DNA from: Verrucomicrobiales bacterium
GTDB taxonomy: Bacteria; Verrucomicrobiota; Verrucomicrobiia; Verrucomicrobiales; V1-33
DNA: 56,068 bases
Direction: 5' to 3'
Assembly: GCA_031411295.1 (NCBI GenBank)
Contig: JANOAV010000031.1
Coordinates: 1-56,068 of the forward strand
Shown here: in pieces, positions 9,849 through 18,978 of the stretch
Layout of the letters: each line of letters begins with the position of its first letter
How positions within the stretch are numbered: the stretch's first letter is position 1
Notes under the pieces: generated by a model
Databases searched by the model: none
What the model was told of the DNA's origin: nothing
Seen by the model: the letters and a program-made list of their open reading frames with translations, nothing else
Program-made: the position numbers and the translations under genes

Positions 9849-11999
9849 TTGCCCCCTTCCCCGCTACGCGATCCTTTGCAAGTCCTCGAGCAATACTTCG
9901 GTTTCCGCAAGTTTCTCGAAGGTCAGGGGACGGTGGTGGCGAATTTGCTGGCGGGGCGGGATGCGTTGGTGATCATGCCTACCGGCGGGGGGAAGTCGCT
10001 GTGCTATCAATTGCCAGCGTTGATGATGGAGGGGGTGACGATTGTTGTTTCTCCGCTGATCGCGCTCATGAAGGATCAGGTGGACAGTCTGGAGCGGAAG
10101 GGAATTGCGGCCACCGTGATCAATAGCACCCTAACGCCCGGGGAGCAGCGGGACCGCATCGAAGCGATGCGGCGGGGGGAATTCAAATTGGTCTATGTGG
10201 CCCCGGAGCGCTTCCGGCATCGGTCGTTTGTGGAAACCTTGCGGGAGGTGGAAATCGGGCTGTTTGCGATAGATGAAGCGCATTGTATTTCCCAGTGGGG
10301 ACACGATTTCCGGCCGGACTACATGAAGCTGGGGGAAGCTCTGGAGGCGCTCGGCCGGCCGCAGACGATTGCGCTGACTGCCACCGCCACGCCCATTGTG
10401 CGGGAGGATATTCTGCGGACGCTGAAGCTGACAGACCCGTTCATTTCCGTCTTTGGGTTCAGCCGTCCTAACCTCAGTCTGAACATCCGCGCCATTGCGA
10501 AAAAGGCGGAGAAATTCACCCGGATCAAACAGATCGTGAAGCAATACAAGACGGGCATCATTTACTGCTCCACGCGGACGAAGGTGGAGGAGGTGACGGA
10601 AATTCTGACCGGTGAGCGCCTCTCCGTCATCGCCTATCATGGCGGCATGACGGAAACGGAGCGGAGTCGGGCGCAGAATCTCTTCATGGAAAAGAAGAAG
10701 AACGTGGCGGTGGCCACGAATGCCTTCGGCATGGGGGTGGACCGGGCGGACGTTAGATTTGTGATCCACTTCGACATCCCCGGCAGCGTGGAAGCCTTTT
10801 ACCAAGAGGCCGGGCGCGCGGGGCGGGATGGTGAACCTGCTTTCTGCGAGTTACTCTTTAACTACGCGGACACCCGCACCCAGGAGTATTTCATCGAGGG
10901 AGCCAACCCTTCTGCGGAAACGATTCGTAGTCTCTACACTTGGCTGACGCACAATCAAAATCGGGATCACCAAGTGATTGCCAAGATTGAAGACATCGCC
11001 AAGGGCGTGCCGATTAAGAATGAAATGGCCGTCAGCAGCGCCATCAGCATCCTGATGCGAGCGAAGTATCTGGACCGCTTCGATGTGCCGGGTTCGCGCA
11101 TTCGGGGCACGCAAATTTCCCGGCCGCAAATCACCGCTGGGCAATTGGACATCGACTGGAAGGCACTCCAGGAAAAGGATCGGCGGGATCGGGAGAAGCT
11201 GAAGCAGATGGTCAACTTTGCGTATAGCACGATTTGTCGGCAGCGCTATATTCTGGAATACTTCCGGGAAGCGGATGCCGTGGACTGCGGGAACTGTGAT
11301 CAATGTGCCGCCCGCGGGCATCATCGCGTGCAGCGGAAGGCCACCGAGGGGGAAGTGCTGATCGTGCGCAAGTCCTTGAGTGGGGTGGCGCGGACGTGCC
11401 GGAAGACCGATGAGGGGCTGGAGGGAAGGTTTGGCCGAGGCATGCTGGTGGCGATGCTGGTGGGGAGTCGAAGCCGGGAATTGTTGGAGACGCGGATGGA
11501 TGCGATGCCGACCTACGGCATCCTAGCCGAACAGGGGGTGCCGTATTTGCAGTCTTTGTTTCGCGAAATGGAAGGAGCGGGTTTGCTCACCGTAACGGGG
11601 GAGGAAACCCCAGTGGTCACCATCACGCGCAAGGGACTGGAGGTCATGAAAAGCGGAGGCCCGTGCGAGTGGCGCTGGCCTGCGGCGGCAACCGCGCGAG
11701 CCTTGGTGCCGACTCCGCAAAAAGTGGTGATCCAGGAAGCGGAGGTGGAAGTAACGCTGGGCGGACTGGGGTTCGATCCGGTTCTGTATGACAAACTCCT
11801 GAGCCATCGCTTGTTGCTAACGCAGACGGAAAAAGTCCCGGCTGCGAAGATCTTTTCCAACAAGACGCTGGAAGCGTTGACCCGATTGAAGCCGAAGACG
11901 AAATCGGCTGCGCTGCGCATCTCCGGCATCACGCCTGCCAAGGCGGAGATGTGGCTGGAAGACTTTCTGGTGATGATCCGGCAGCATGAGGGATTGTAG
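9849..11999 (+). CDS. recQ: RecQ family ATP-dependent DNA helicase
   Basis: MPTGGGKSLCYQLP, DEAHCISQWGHDFRP, QEAGRAGRDG, Zn-binding CR..CGNCDQC and an HRDC-like C-terminus. Start uncertain: in-frame TTG at 9849 preferred over the ORF start at 9615. Confidence 0.92.
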   Translation: MPPSPLRDPLQVLEQYFGFRKFLEGQGTVVANLLAGRDALVIMPTGGGKSLCYQLPALMMEGVTIVVSPLIALMKDQVDSLERKGIAATVINSTLTPGEQRDRIEAMRRGEFKLVYVAPERFRHRSFVETLREVEIGLFAIDEAHCISQWGHDFRPDYMKLGEALEALGRPQTIALTATATPIVREDILRTLKLTDPFISVFGFSRPNLSLNIRAIAKKAEKFTRIKQIVKQYKTGIIYCSTRTKVEEVTEILTGERLSVIAYHGGMTETERSRAQNLFMEKKKNVAVATNAFGMGVDRADVRFVIHFDIPGSVEAFYQEAGRAGRDGEPAFCELLFNYADTRTQEYFIEGANPSAETIRSLYTWLTHNQNRDHQVIAKIEDIAKGVPIKNEMAVSSAISILMRAKYLDRFDVPGSRIRGTQISRPQITAGQLDIDWKALQEKDRRDREKLKQMVNFAYSTICRQRYILEYFREADAVDCGNCDQCAARGHHRVQRKATEGEVLIVRKSLSGVARTCRKTDEGLEGRFGRGMLVAMLVGSRSRELLETRMDAMPTYGILAEQGVPYLQSLFREMEGAGLLTVTGEETPVVTITRKGLEVMKSGGPCEWRWPAAATARALVPTPQKVVIQEAEVEVTLGGLGFDPVLYDKLLSHRLLLTQTEKVPAAKIFSNKTLEALTRLKPKTKSAALRISGITPAKAEMWLEDFLVMIRQHEGL

Positions 12000-12062
12000 T
12001 GCGAGCGGGGCGATTCCTGTTTCCTCCATTGAATCCCGCCGCAACCCGCTCTAGGATGGGAC

Positions 12063-13265
12063 ATGACCTCCGGATTTCTGGAAAAATTATTGGCTCGGCT
12101 GGATCGGGTGGCTCCTGAAGACGTGCAGAATTATCTGCTGCGGCTCGTGCGGGAGAAGGGCTTCTTTGAGCGTGTCTTCGAGGCGCTGGAGGAGGGCGTG
12201 ATCATTTGCGATGATGCCGGTCACATCAGTTTTATCAACCGTGCGGCGTGTCGGTTCTTCGGAGCGGATGCGGAGACCGCAGTCGGGAAGATGCTGGGAG
12301 AAGTGGTGCGTGGGCTGGACTGGGCGGCCATGGCGCAAGGACGGCGGGCTGCGTTCAGCAGGGACTTGGAAATTTTCTATCCCGAGAATCGATATCTCAA
12401 TTTCTATCTCTCACCGATTGAAGACGTGGACGACCCCAAAGCTCCGCCGCCGGGCTATGTGTTGCTCCTGCGGGACATTACCCAGTCCCGGAAGCTCACG
12501 GAAGAAATGATCGAAAGTGAGCGCATGAACGCGCTGACGCTGCTGGCAGCGGGCGTAGCGCATGAAGTGGGCAATCCCCTGAACTCACTAAACATTCATC
12601 TGCAACTGCTGGAACGGAAACTCAAGAAGGCGGACAGGACCATCTATCAGAAGGTGCAGTCGGAAGTGGAGGTGGCCCGAGGCGAGGTGCAGCGACTCCA
12701 TTTCATCATTGAACAATTCCTGGGGGCCATTCGCCCCACCAAACCGAATTTTGAACTCACCGATCTGAACAAGGTCGTGGAGAGTGCGGTGAATTTCCTG
12801 GCTCCGGAAATCAAGGATCGGCGGATTCAAACGCGGCTGCAACTCAACACCGACATCCCGTTGCTGCGCTTGGATGGCAATCAATTGAAGCAAACGTTCT
12901 ACAACCTAATCAAGAACGCCTGTCAGGCCATGGGCAGCGGGGGGAAGCTCTTGATTCGCACGGAGATGACGGATTACGAGGTCACGATCCTGTTTCAGGA
13001 TAGTGGGAAAGGAATGTCGCCAGACACGGTTAATCACCTGTTTGAACCCTACTTCACCACCAAGAAAACCGGCACCGGACTGGGGATGTTGATCGTGCGT
13101 CGCATCGTGCGGGAGCACGGTGGGGAACTCTCCATTGCCAGCGAAGAGGGCGTCGGAACCACAGTCACCATTCATCTTCCCCGCGGCCACCGCAGTCTGC
13201 GTTTCCTGGGTCCCAGCGATGAGGAAATGAACGCAGAAGCTGAGCCTGCGGTGATCGATGTGTGA
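12063..13265 (+). CDS. PAS-domain sensor histidine kinase (NtrB/AtoS-like)
   Basis: PAS domain, H-box AHEVGNPL, N-box NLIKNA, G1 DSGKG, F-box LFEPYFTTK, G2 GTGLG. Confidence 0.9.
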   Translation: MTSGFLEKLLARLDRVAPEDVQNYLLRLVREKGFFERVFEALEEGVIICDDAGHISFINRAACRFFGADAETAVGKMLGEVVRGLDWAAMAQGRRAAFSRDLEIFYPENRYLNFYLSPIEDVDDPKAPPPGYVLLLRDITQSRKLTEEMIESERMNALTLLAAGVAHEVGNPLNSLNIHLQLLERKLKKADRTIYQKVQSEVEVARGEVQRLHFIIEQFLGAIRPTKPNFELTDLNKVVESAVNFLAPEIKDRRIQTRLQLNTDIPLLRLDGNQLKQTFYNLIKNACQAMGSGGKLLIRTEMTDYEVTILFQDSGKGMSPDTVNHLFEPYFTTKKTGTGLGMLIVRRIVREHGGELSIASEEGVGTTVTIHLPRGHRSLRFLGPSDEEMNAEAEPAVIDV

Positions 13266-13289
13266 ACTAGGCCGTGGCCCGGGACCTCG

Positions 13290-15128
13290 CTAGCTTTTCC
13301 CCTGGGCGGGATCATACCAAATTTTCACCTCTGCCTCCTTCGTGCCAAGCAATGCCTGCGCGCGTTTGAGGGCGTTGCGGGTGCTAATATTGGGGTTCTG
13401 GGCACTGCCAAGGAAAAGGTTATCGCGACCGATGACATCGAGCATCTGGGAGTTCTTCAGCACGCGATAGACGCCTTTCATGGCTCCGCTGATGATGAGG
13501 TGGCGTTGTTTCGAGTGGAGGAATTGGATTAGATCCTCCAAGGCCATGACACTAGTGGCATCCAAGTGCCGGGCGTTTTTCATGCGCAGGATGATGACGC
13601 GAAGGTTGGGGTCCGCCAAGGTGCGCTGGATCTGCGTGCGAAACAATTCAGCGGCCCCGAAAAAGAGCTCCCCTTCGACGTGCACAATGGAAATCTGCGG
13701 GAAGACCCGAGGGCTAGCGGCAGCCTTCTCCATGAGATCCCCCTCGGGATTGAAAGTATATTCCACCAGCATGGGACGCGCGGCCTGCCGCAAATAGAGC
13801 ACGACCGAAGTCGCCACTCCCAAGAAGATGGCCACATGCAAAGGCAACAGCAGGGTGGCCAGCAGCGTCACCACTAACGTCACGGTATCGGCCCGGGTGG
13901 CGCTCCAGCAGATCATCAGATTTCTGCGATGGAACAAACTCACCGCCACCGCCATGATCAACACCGCCAAGGCGCACTTTGGAATATAGCCAACGACTCC
14001 ACCCAGGCAAAAAACTGCGGCCAGACAGATCAACCCGGTGATGATCGTCGCCATTTGAGTGACCGCACCGCTCTCGTAATTGAACGCAGAACGCGTCAGA
14101 CTCCCAGACACTGGCAACTGGCCCACCATGGCCGCCCCCAAGTTGGCCACTCCCACGCTCAATAAATCCTGGTTTTGATCTGGCCGCTCTCCCGTGCGAC
14201 TAGCCAATGTTTTTGCCATCACGGACTGCTCCAACGCGGCCAAGAAAGCCACCGCCATGGCGGGACCGAGCAGCACTCCCATGTGTCCGAACGTGCTCGC
14301 ATCCCGGAAATCCGGCAGCAGCGGCACCACTTGGCCAGTTTTAAATTGTGCCAGCATCGCCAACTCCAACGGAACCTGCAATCGCTGTAACAAGGCCACG
14401 CCGAGACTGACTCCGACCAGGGTGATCGCGAAACAGGGCAACTTCTTGCTGAAGCGCTTCAGGACCACATAAATGATGAGCGTGCCCATACTAACTAGCA
14501 CGACATCCCAACGGATTTCGTTTAAATGAGCCACCGAATCCGAGAGAAGACTAACGATACCCCGAGACTGTGGCCCATTTCCCAGCTTGGGTGCCGGGAT
14601 CCCCAGCGTCTCCCGTAACTGTCCTGCGATGATAAGGCAACCCGCTCCCGTGACATAGCCTACCACTACACTGCGACTGATATATTGAATCATGTCCGCC
14701 ATGCGCAAATAGGCTCCGATCACCAGTAGCAGCCCCGCCAGAAATACCAGCACGGGCAGCAAATGCGCCCGATCCCCGACGGCAATGCCCGTGCCGGCCA
14801 GCGCGCTGTAGATCATCAAGGCAGTGGCATTGGTCGGCCCGAGACTGATGAGTCTAGAACTGGAAAACCATCCGCCAATCAGACAACCTACCGTAGTGCA
14901 GGTGATGCCATAGGCCACGTTATCCAGGCCGGCAATCATCGCGAAGGCCATGCTCTGAGGAATGGCCAGCATCGCCACATTCGTTCCCGCTATCAGATCG
15001 GCTTTGAATTTTTTTCCGTTATACCATCGCAGCGACTTCCGCAGCGGAAACAACTCCAGCGGGTTCTCCGTCAGGAAATTAGCCCAGGCTGCCAGGACTC
15101 GCTGCACACTTGTAATGAACTCCCGCAT
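13290..15128 (-). CDS. SulP/SLC26 family anion transporter with STAS domain
   Basis: IPQSMAFAMIAG, GPT and SGSLTRS motifs, multiple TM helices, C-terminal STAS (GELFFG..LDATS). Confidence 0.92.
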   Translation of the reverse strand: MREFITSVQRVLAAWANFLTENPLELFPLRKSLRWYNGKKFKADLIAGTNVAMLAIPQSMAFAMIAGLDNVAYGITCTTVGCLIGGWFSSSRLISLGPTNATALMIYSALAGTGIAVGDRAHLLPVLVFLAGLLLVIGAYLRMADMIQYISRSVVVGYVTGAGCLIIAGQLRETLGIPAPKLGNGPQSRGIVSLLSDSVAHLNEIRWDVVLVSMGTLIIYVVLKRFSKKLPCFAITLVGVSLGVALLQRLQVPLELAMLAQFKTGQVVPLLPDFRDASTFGHMGVLLGPAMAVAFLAALEQSVMAKTLASRTGERPDQNQDLLSVGVANLGAAMVGQLPVSGSLTRSAFNYESGAVTQMATIITGLICLAAVFCLGGVVGYIPKCALAVLIMAVAVSLFHRRNLMICWSATRADTVTLVVTLLATLLLPLHVAIFLGVATSVVLYLRQAARPMLVEYTFNPEGDLMEKAAASPRVFPQISIVHVEGELFFGAAELFRTQIQRTLADPNLRVIILRMKNARHLDATSVMALEDLIQFLHSKQRHLIISGAMKGVYRVLKNSQMLDVIGRDNLFLGSAQNPNISTRNALKRAQALLGTKEAEVKIWYDPAQGKS

Positions 15129-15143
15129 GAACCTTGGTTGCTG

Positions 15144-15809
15144 CTAGCGCTTGTTGAGGAATTTGCGGATGTCGCTGATGCTCCAGCCACCTTCATCCTT
15201 GGCTTCGCTGCGGTCCTCGATGATCTTCATTTCCTGATGCATTTCCGGCTTGGCCGCCTGCCATTGCTCCTTTTTGGCGATCTCAGAACGTCCCGACGTG
15301 TAACCCTGCGTGGCGAACGATTTTTCAGTATCGCGCGTGGTTTCGGCTCCCTCCCGGGCCACTTGCGAACCCTCCCGCGGGGCCCGCTCTCCCGGCGCGT
15401 AAGGCTTGGCCATGGTGCTCTCCTTTTGCTTCAAGTCTGATTTCTGCCAGGGCCAGGCGAAGGTCTTCTTCTGCTTGGATCCCGACCATTCCTTCTCGTA
15501 ATTCGCCCGCTTGTCCCATTGCGTTGCGCCCTTTTCTTCCGCGTGTCCCCGGGAACCTGAGACCACACTCTCGAACTGCGAACGCTTCACGGATTTCTCC
15601 CGCTCGGCAATCTTCTTCGCGTCGCTTTCCCCTGGCGCAGAATACCATGCCGCGTCCTCGGGTTTCCAGTTTCCGGCAAATTTGTCCTCCAGCAACTTCT
15701 CGCCACCAACTCGCGTCGTGTTGAGTGAATCATTGGACACATGACGCTCGGTTTTGCAGGAGACCAGCAACCATGGCGTAAGTGAAAACAGGAGTAACAG
15801 ATATTTCAT
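15144..15809 (-). CDS. Hypothetical lipoprotein
   Basis: MKYLLLLFSLTPWLLVSC lipobox followed by a charged hydrophilic body. ATG at 15809 chosen as start. Confidence 0.7.
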   Translation of the reverse strand: MKYLLLLFSLTPWLLVSCKTERHVSNDSLNTTRVGGEKLLEDKFAGNWKPEDAAWYSAPGESDAKKIAEREKSVKRSQFESVVSGSRGHAEEKGATQWDKRANYEKEWSGSKQKKTFAWPWQKSDLKQKESTMAKPYAPGERAPREGSQVAREGAETTRDTEKSFATQGYTSGRSEIAKKEQWQAAKPEMHQEMKIIEDRSEAKDEGGWSISDIRKFLNKR

Positions 15810-15897
15810 CCCCGCAGGATACAGCGAAAGTCTTCCGAAGCTATCAGGAAATTTCGACTTTCGCTTCCGGTCCAAGTCCAAGGCTAGTGCCTTGGGA

Positions 15898-16551
15898 CTA
15901 CAGCTCCTTAATCGTCAAATTCCGGAACCAGACTTCATCGCCATGGTCCTGGAGCATGATTTTGCCCTTGGGATTAAGCGCCCAGTCGGGCTTGGACTTG
16001 AATTTACTCTTGGTCACGGCTTCTTTCCAAGCTGGCGTTGTCGTGTCACACTCGGCCACTTTGCTGCCATTCAGCCAGTGCTCAAATTTCCCCCCATTGG
16101 CCACGATCTTACTGTGATTCCATTCACCCACGGGCTTCACGGGCTTGTTTTCGATGGTGGGAAACAGATCGTAGATGCAGGCGGTCTTGTGCGTTAGCAG
16201 TTTACCATCCGCGTGTTTGTCATCGTCGATCATCTGATACTCCGGCCCCAGCAACTCCTTGCCATAGTGCGTCACGCGATATTTCACGCCGCTGTTGCCA
16301 CCAGCGCTGATTTTCCAGTCCCACTCGAATTCAAAATTGGCATACTCCTTGTCCGTGAAGATATCGCCTGACTTCCCCTTCCGATGGATCACGCCATCGA
16401 CCATCTCCCAGCCCGCATCATCGGCCACCGGTTTGCCATCCGCCTTCACCCACCCAGCAAAGGTCTTGCCATCAGACAAGGGTTTGGCCTCTTGAGCGGA
16501 GACAGTGGAGATTACACACAGAACAAATGCTAGGAAAAGTGATTTCATCAT
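15898..16551 (-). CDS. DUF1080 / 3-keto-disaccharide hydrolase family protein
   Basis: Signal peptide; GNSGVKY, EYQMIDD, GEWN and LQDHG..VWFRNL motifs. Confidence 0.9.
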   Translation of the reverse strand: MMKSLFLAFVLCVISTVSAQEAKPLSDGKTFAGWVKADGKPVADDAGWEMVDGVIHRKGKSGDIFTDKEYANFEFEWDWKISAGGNSGVKYRVTHYGKELLGPEYQMIDDDKHADGKLLTHKTACIYDLFPTIENKPVKPVGEWNHSKIVANGGKFEHWLNGSKVAECDTTTPAWKEAVTKSKFKSKPDWALNPKGKIMLQDHGDEVWFRNLTIKEL

Positions 16552-16559
16552 GTCGGGAG

Positions 16560-17474
16560 CTATGAATGAGCAGTCGCGAATTGTCCACCTGAATCCCTCC
16601 GCAATCTAGTAATCCAGCAGGGTAAATTTATACAGAAGATGATGACCATGACCTCGAACTCGGGGAAATACAACTGCATGATAAATCCAATGCCCACATG
16701 CATCAGGACCAGGGCTAAGCCGAATCCAGCAGCCCACGATCGATTGAAGAGGAGCATAAACGCCGTCATTTCCAAAATAAAACCCGGCGCGAACAGAATC
16801 CGGGCGGACCACGGATGCTCCGCCAAATAAGCCGCCCATGGGCTCACCCCGTTGAATTTTTCCATGGAAGGATTGTCGAAATGCAACTGGCGCCAGACTT
16901 TCTGCACACTCTTGGCGAAGTAGGGACTGTCCCAGAGCCAAGTGCCGTGCGACTTCAGCAACTTCGTGATCGCGCTGGTAACATAGACTGAGGCGATGGC
17001 ACCCTGCGAAAAATAAAGCAAAATGCCATCCAATTGTGGCCAGAACTTCGTGGTCGCGATGCCCTTGGACTCGCGCCACTGCATGATCCCCCACCCCGCC
17101 AGTTGCGCGATGAGCACCAGACTGGTCATTTGGGATCCGTGAAACGTATTCCCCTGGCTGTTCGCCAGTGTCCAATAACTCACATGGGCGAACGTCATGC
17201 CCAGCAGCCCACCAAACGTCAACCAGCCGGGAAGCCACAGCCCCAACACATAGATCAATCCCGCCACCGCCGTGCCGACTAACAGCCAAGGATGCACTCC
17301 TGGCTGCCCCGCCCACGCGACAGGCAATCCCCACGCAGCCAAGCCTGCCGGATCTTCTGCGCGGCTGTATTTCGACGGCTCCCACAGAGAATACAGCACC
17401 GCCATGACCAGGAAAATCCGCAAACACCATGCTTCCGCACGATGCACGATGACTGGGAGAAACTTTTCTTTCAT
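16560..17474 (-). CDS. Integral membrane protein, HTTM/SdpB-like
   Basis: Multiple TM helices; Y..SAITKL....W motif, LE..A and MHVGI..M pattern reminiscent of HTTM domains. Confidence 0.55.
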   Translation of the reverse strand: MKEKFLPVIVHRAEAWCLRIFLVMAVLYSLWEPSKYSRAEDPAGLAAWGLPVAWAGQPGVHPWLLVGTAVAGLIYVLGLWLPGWLTFGGLLGMTFAHVSYWTLANSQGNTFHGSQMTSLVLIAQLAGWGIMQWRESKGIATTKFWPQLDGILLYFSQGAIASVYVTSAITKLLKSHGTWLWDSPYFAKSVQKVWRQLHFDNPSMEKFNGVSPWAAYLAEHPWSARILFAPGFILEMTAFMLLFNRSWAAGFGLALVLMHVGIGFIMQLYFPEFEVMVIIFCINLPCWITRLRRDSGGQFATAHS

Positions 17475-17941
17475 GGCTGCTTCCCTTTCTCCACTTTGAC
17501 CATGCCGATCTCTTTGTAGTCCTCACGGAAACCGCCGTTTTCCTGAAACAGCAGTCCGATCTGCAATCTCATCTCCGCTGGCAGTTCCTTCTTGCGTCGC
17601 TCCGCCAACCGCTGGAGCCGCCCCACTACATCCTGCCAAGCTTGACGGCAGATTTCCGGCCCAGCCATGGCCGCTTCCTTGATTCCAGCCTTCGTGGCCA
17701 GATCATTGCGACGATCCACATACTTTTTCTTCACCTTGGCCGAAGTTTCCCCTGTCAGCTTCTGAATATCCACCAATTCCCCCGCCCCATCCCGCAACAC
17801 CACGAACTCCGATGGCTCGGGGCCAGGGTCCGCATACATCGGAAAACTATTCAACGGATAAAAATCTTTGGCGATACGACACGATACCACCAAAACCACC
17901 ATCAGCATGATGGGGTGTCGCCATAGTTCAGAAATTCTCAT
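17471..17941 (-). CDS. Hypothetical membrane-anchored protein with YP.NSFPMY motif
   Basis: N-terminal hydrophobic segment; stop overlaps the next start (ATGA). Confidence 0.65.
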   Translation of the reverse strand: MRISELWRHPIMLMVVLVVSCRIAKDFYPLNSFPMYADPGPEPSEFVVLRDGAGELVDIQKLTGETSAKVKKKYVDRRNDLATKAGIKEAAMAGPEICRQAWQDVVGRLQRLAERRKKELPAEMRLQIGLLFQENGGFREDYKEIGMVKVEKGKQP

Positions 17942-18118
17942 AGTTCAGTTTGCTTAATATTTTCGCCTAGCGCAAACGAAATTGGAATTTTGCGTCGGTG
18001 CATAACTTGGCGAATAACTTGGGGAAACAACCCGCATAAACTGTTGAGCCTGATAGAATCGCAGACGTGTCACGGACCACAGAGAAACTGAAATTTCAAA
18101 AAAATCACCCAGCGGAAC

Positions 18119-18162
18119 AAAAAAAGAAAGCCCCCCTCGCTACAGGCGAGAGAGGCTTTCTT
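18119..18162 (-). terminator. Intrinsic terminator
   Basis: AAGAAAGCCTCTCTCGC-loop-GCGAGGGGGGCTTTCTTTTTTT on the minus strand. Confidence 0.8.
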
Positions 18163-18264
18163 GAGACCCGTTCAGCGACCAGACCAAACGGGTTGTTCCT
18201 CGTTACCAACAAATTCAGAAATTATTCGAAGCAGCGTCCGCAGCAATTGCTAGCGCGTTTTCTT
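18119..18264 (-). ncRNA. Candidate small RNA or attenuator leader (about 145 nt)
   Basis: Minus-strand promoter-like TTGCAT-16nt-TAACTT, internal hairpins and a strong terminator with U-tract; no ATG-initiated ORF. Confidence 0.45.
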
Positions 18265-18270
18265 GTGAAT

Positions 18271-18298
18271 AAGTTACCTTCTGGCGCAAATAATGCAA
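18271..18298 (-). promoter_or_regulatory. Sigma70-like promoter
   Basis: -35 TTGCAT (18298-18293) and -10 TAACTT (18276-18271), 16-nt spacer, AT-rich upstream sequence. Confidence 0.5.
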
Positions 18299-18431
18299 GA
18301 TATTTTTTAAACTTTGGGTGCAAAAATAGTAAATTTATCAAAAATGATCAAGAGGAGTGCGTTCTTTGGGAAACAAAGTTCTTGTAAATCTTTGATGGCG
18401 TCCCGCCGACATGCGGTTAATATCATGCATT

Positions 18432-18878
18432 ATGCTTATCATTGACCCCACCAACACTGACATCCGTAAGCCTTCCCTGGACACCAAAATCCAAGAGTTG
18501 TGCCAAGCCATCCTCGACGACATGCGCGTCCAGTCCTCCCGTGAACAAGTCGAAGCCTTCCTCGAAGACGACGATGCCCGCGAGATCTATTCCGCCGTCG
18601 CTCAAAAGGGTGAAGAACTCCACGCCAAGCAACAGCAGGGCGAGGAACTGACCTCTGATGATATCCAAAATTTCGAGCGCCTACGCAATGCGGCCTTTGC
18701 TGATCCCCGCGTCCAGCAATTCTCTGCTGCGCGCGCCTCCCTCCAAGAGGTGGAAGATCGCATCGTGGCCTACGTCGAGAAAACCCTCGAATTGGGACGC
18801 ATCCCATCCGAATCCGAAGTCGTCCGCCAAAGTGGTGGTTGCTGCGGCGGTGGTGGCGGCGGCGGTTGCGGCTGCTAA
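18432..18878 (+). CDS. YlbF/RicF family regulator
   Basis: Helical ELCQAIL..QQ.GEEL..P.V..F pattern and C-terminal GGCCGGGGGGGCGC. Start at 18432 preferred; ORF begins at 18411. Confidence 0.75.
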   Translation: MLIIDPTNTDIRKPSLDTKIQELCQAILDDMRVQSSREQVEAFLEDDDAREIYSAVAQKGEELHAKQQQGEELTSDDIQNFERLRNAAFADPRVQQFSAARASLQEVEDRIVAYVEKTLELGRIPSESEVVRQSGGCCGGGGGGGCGC

Positions 18879-18897
18879 TTCCTAATTACATTTCACG

Positions 18898-18936
18898 AAC
18901 GTGGCCCTGTCGATCTGGTGGGGCCACGTTTTTTTT
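18898..18936 (+). terminator. Intrinsic terminator
   Basis: AACGTGGCCC-loop-GGGCCACGTT followed by a T-run. Confidence 0.8.
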
Positions 18937-18978
18937 GCTTCAGTCTTGTCATCTTCAATGGGAGAAATGGGTCTCTCA

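Noticed and set aside
18067..18387. 106-aa plus-strand ORF
   Set aside because: It runs through a terminator and AT-rich promoter DNA and has no protein-like features.
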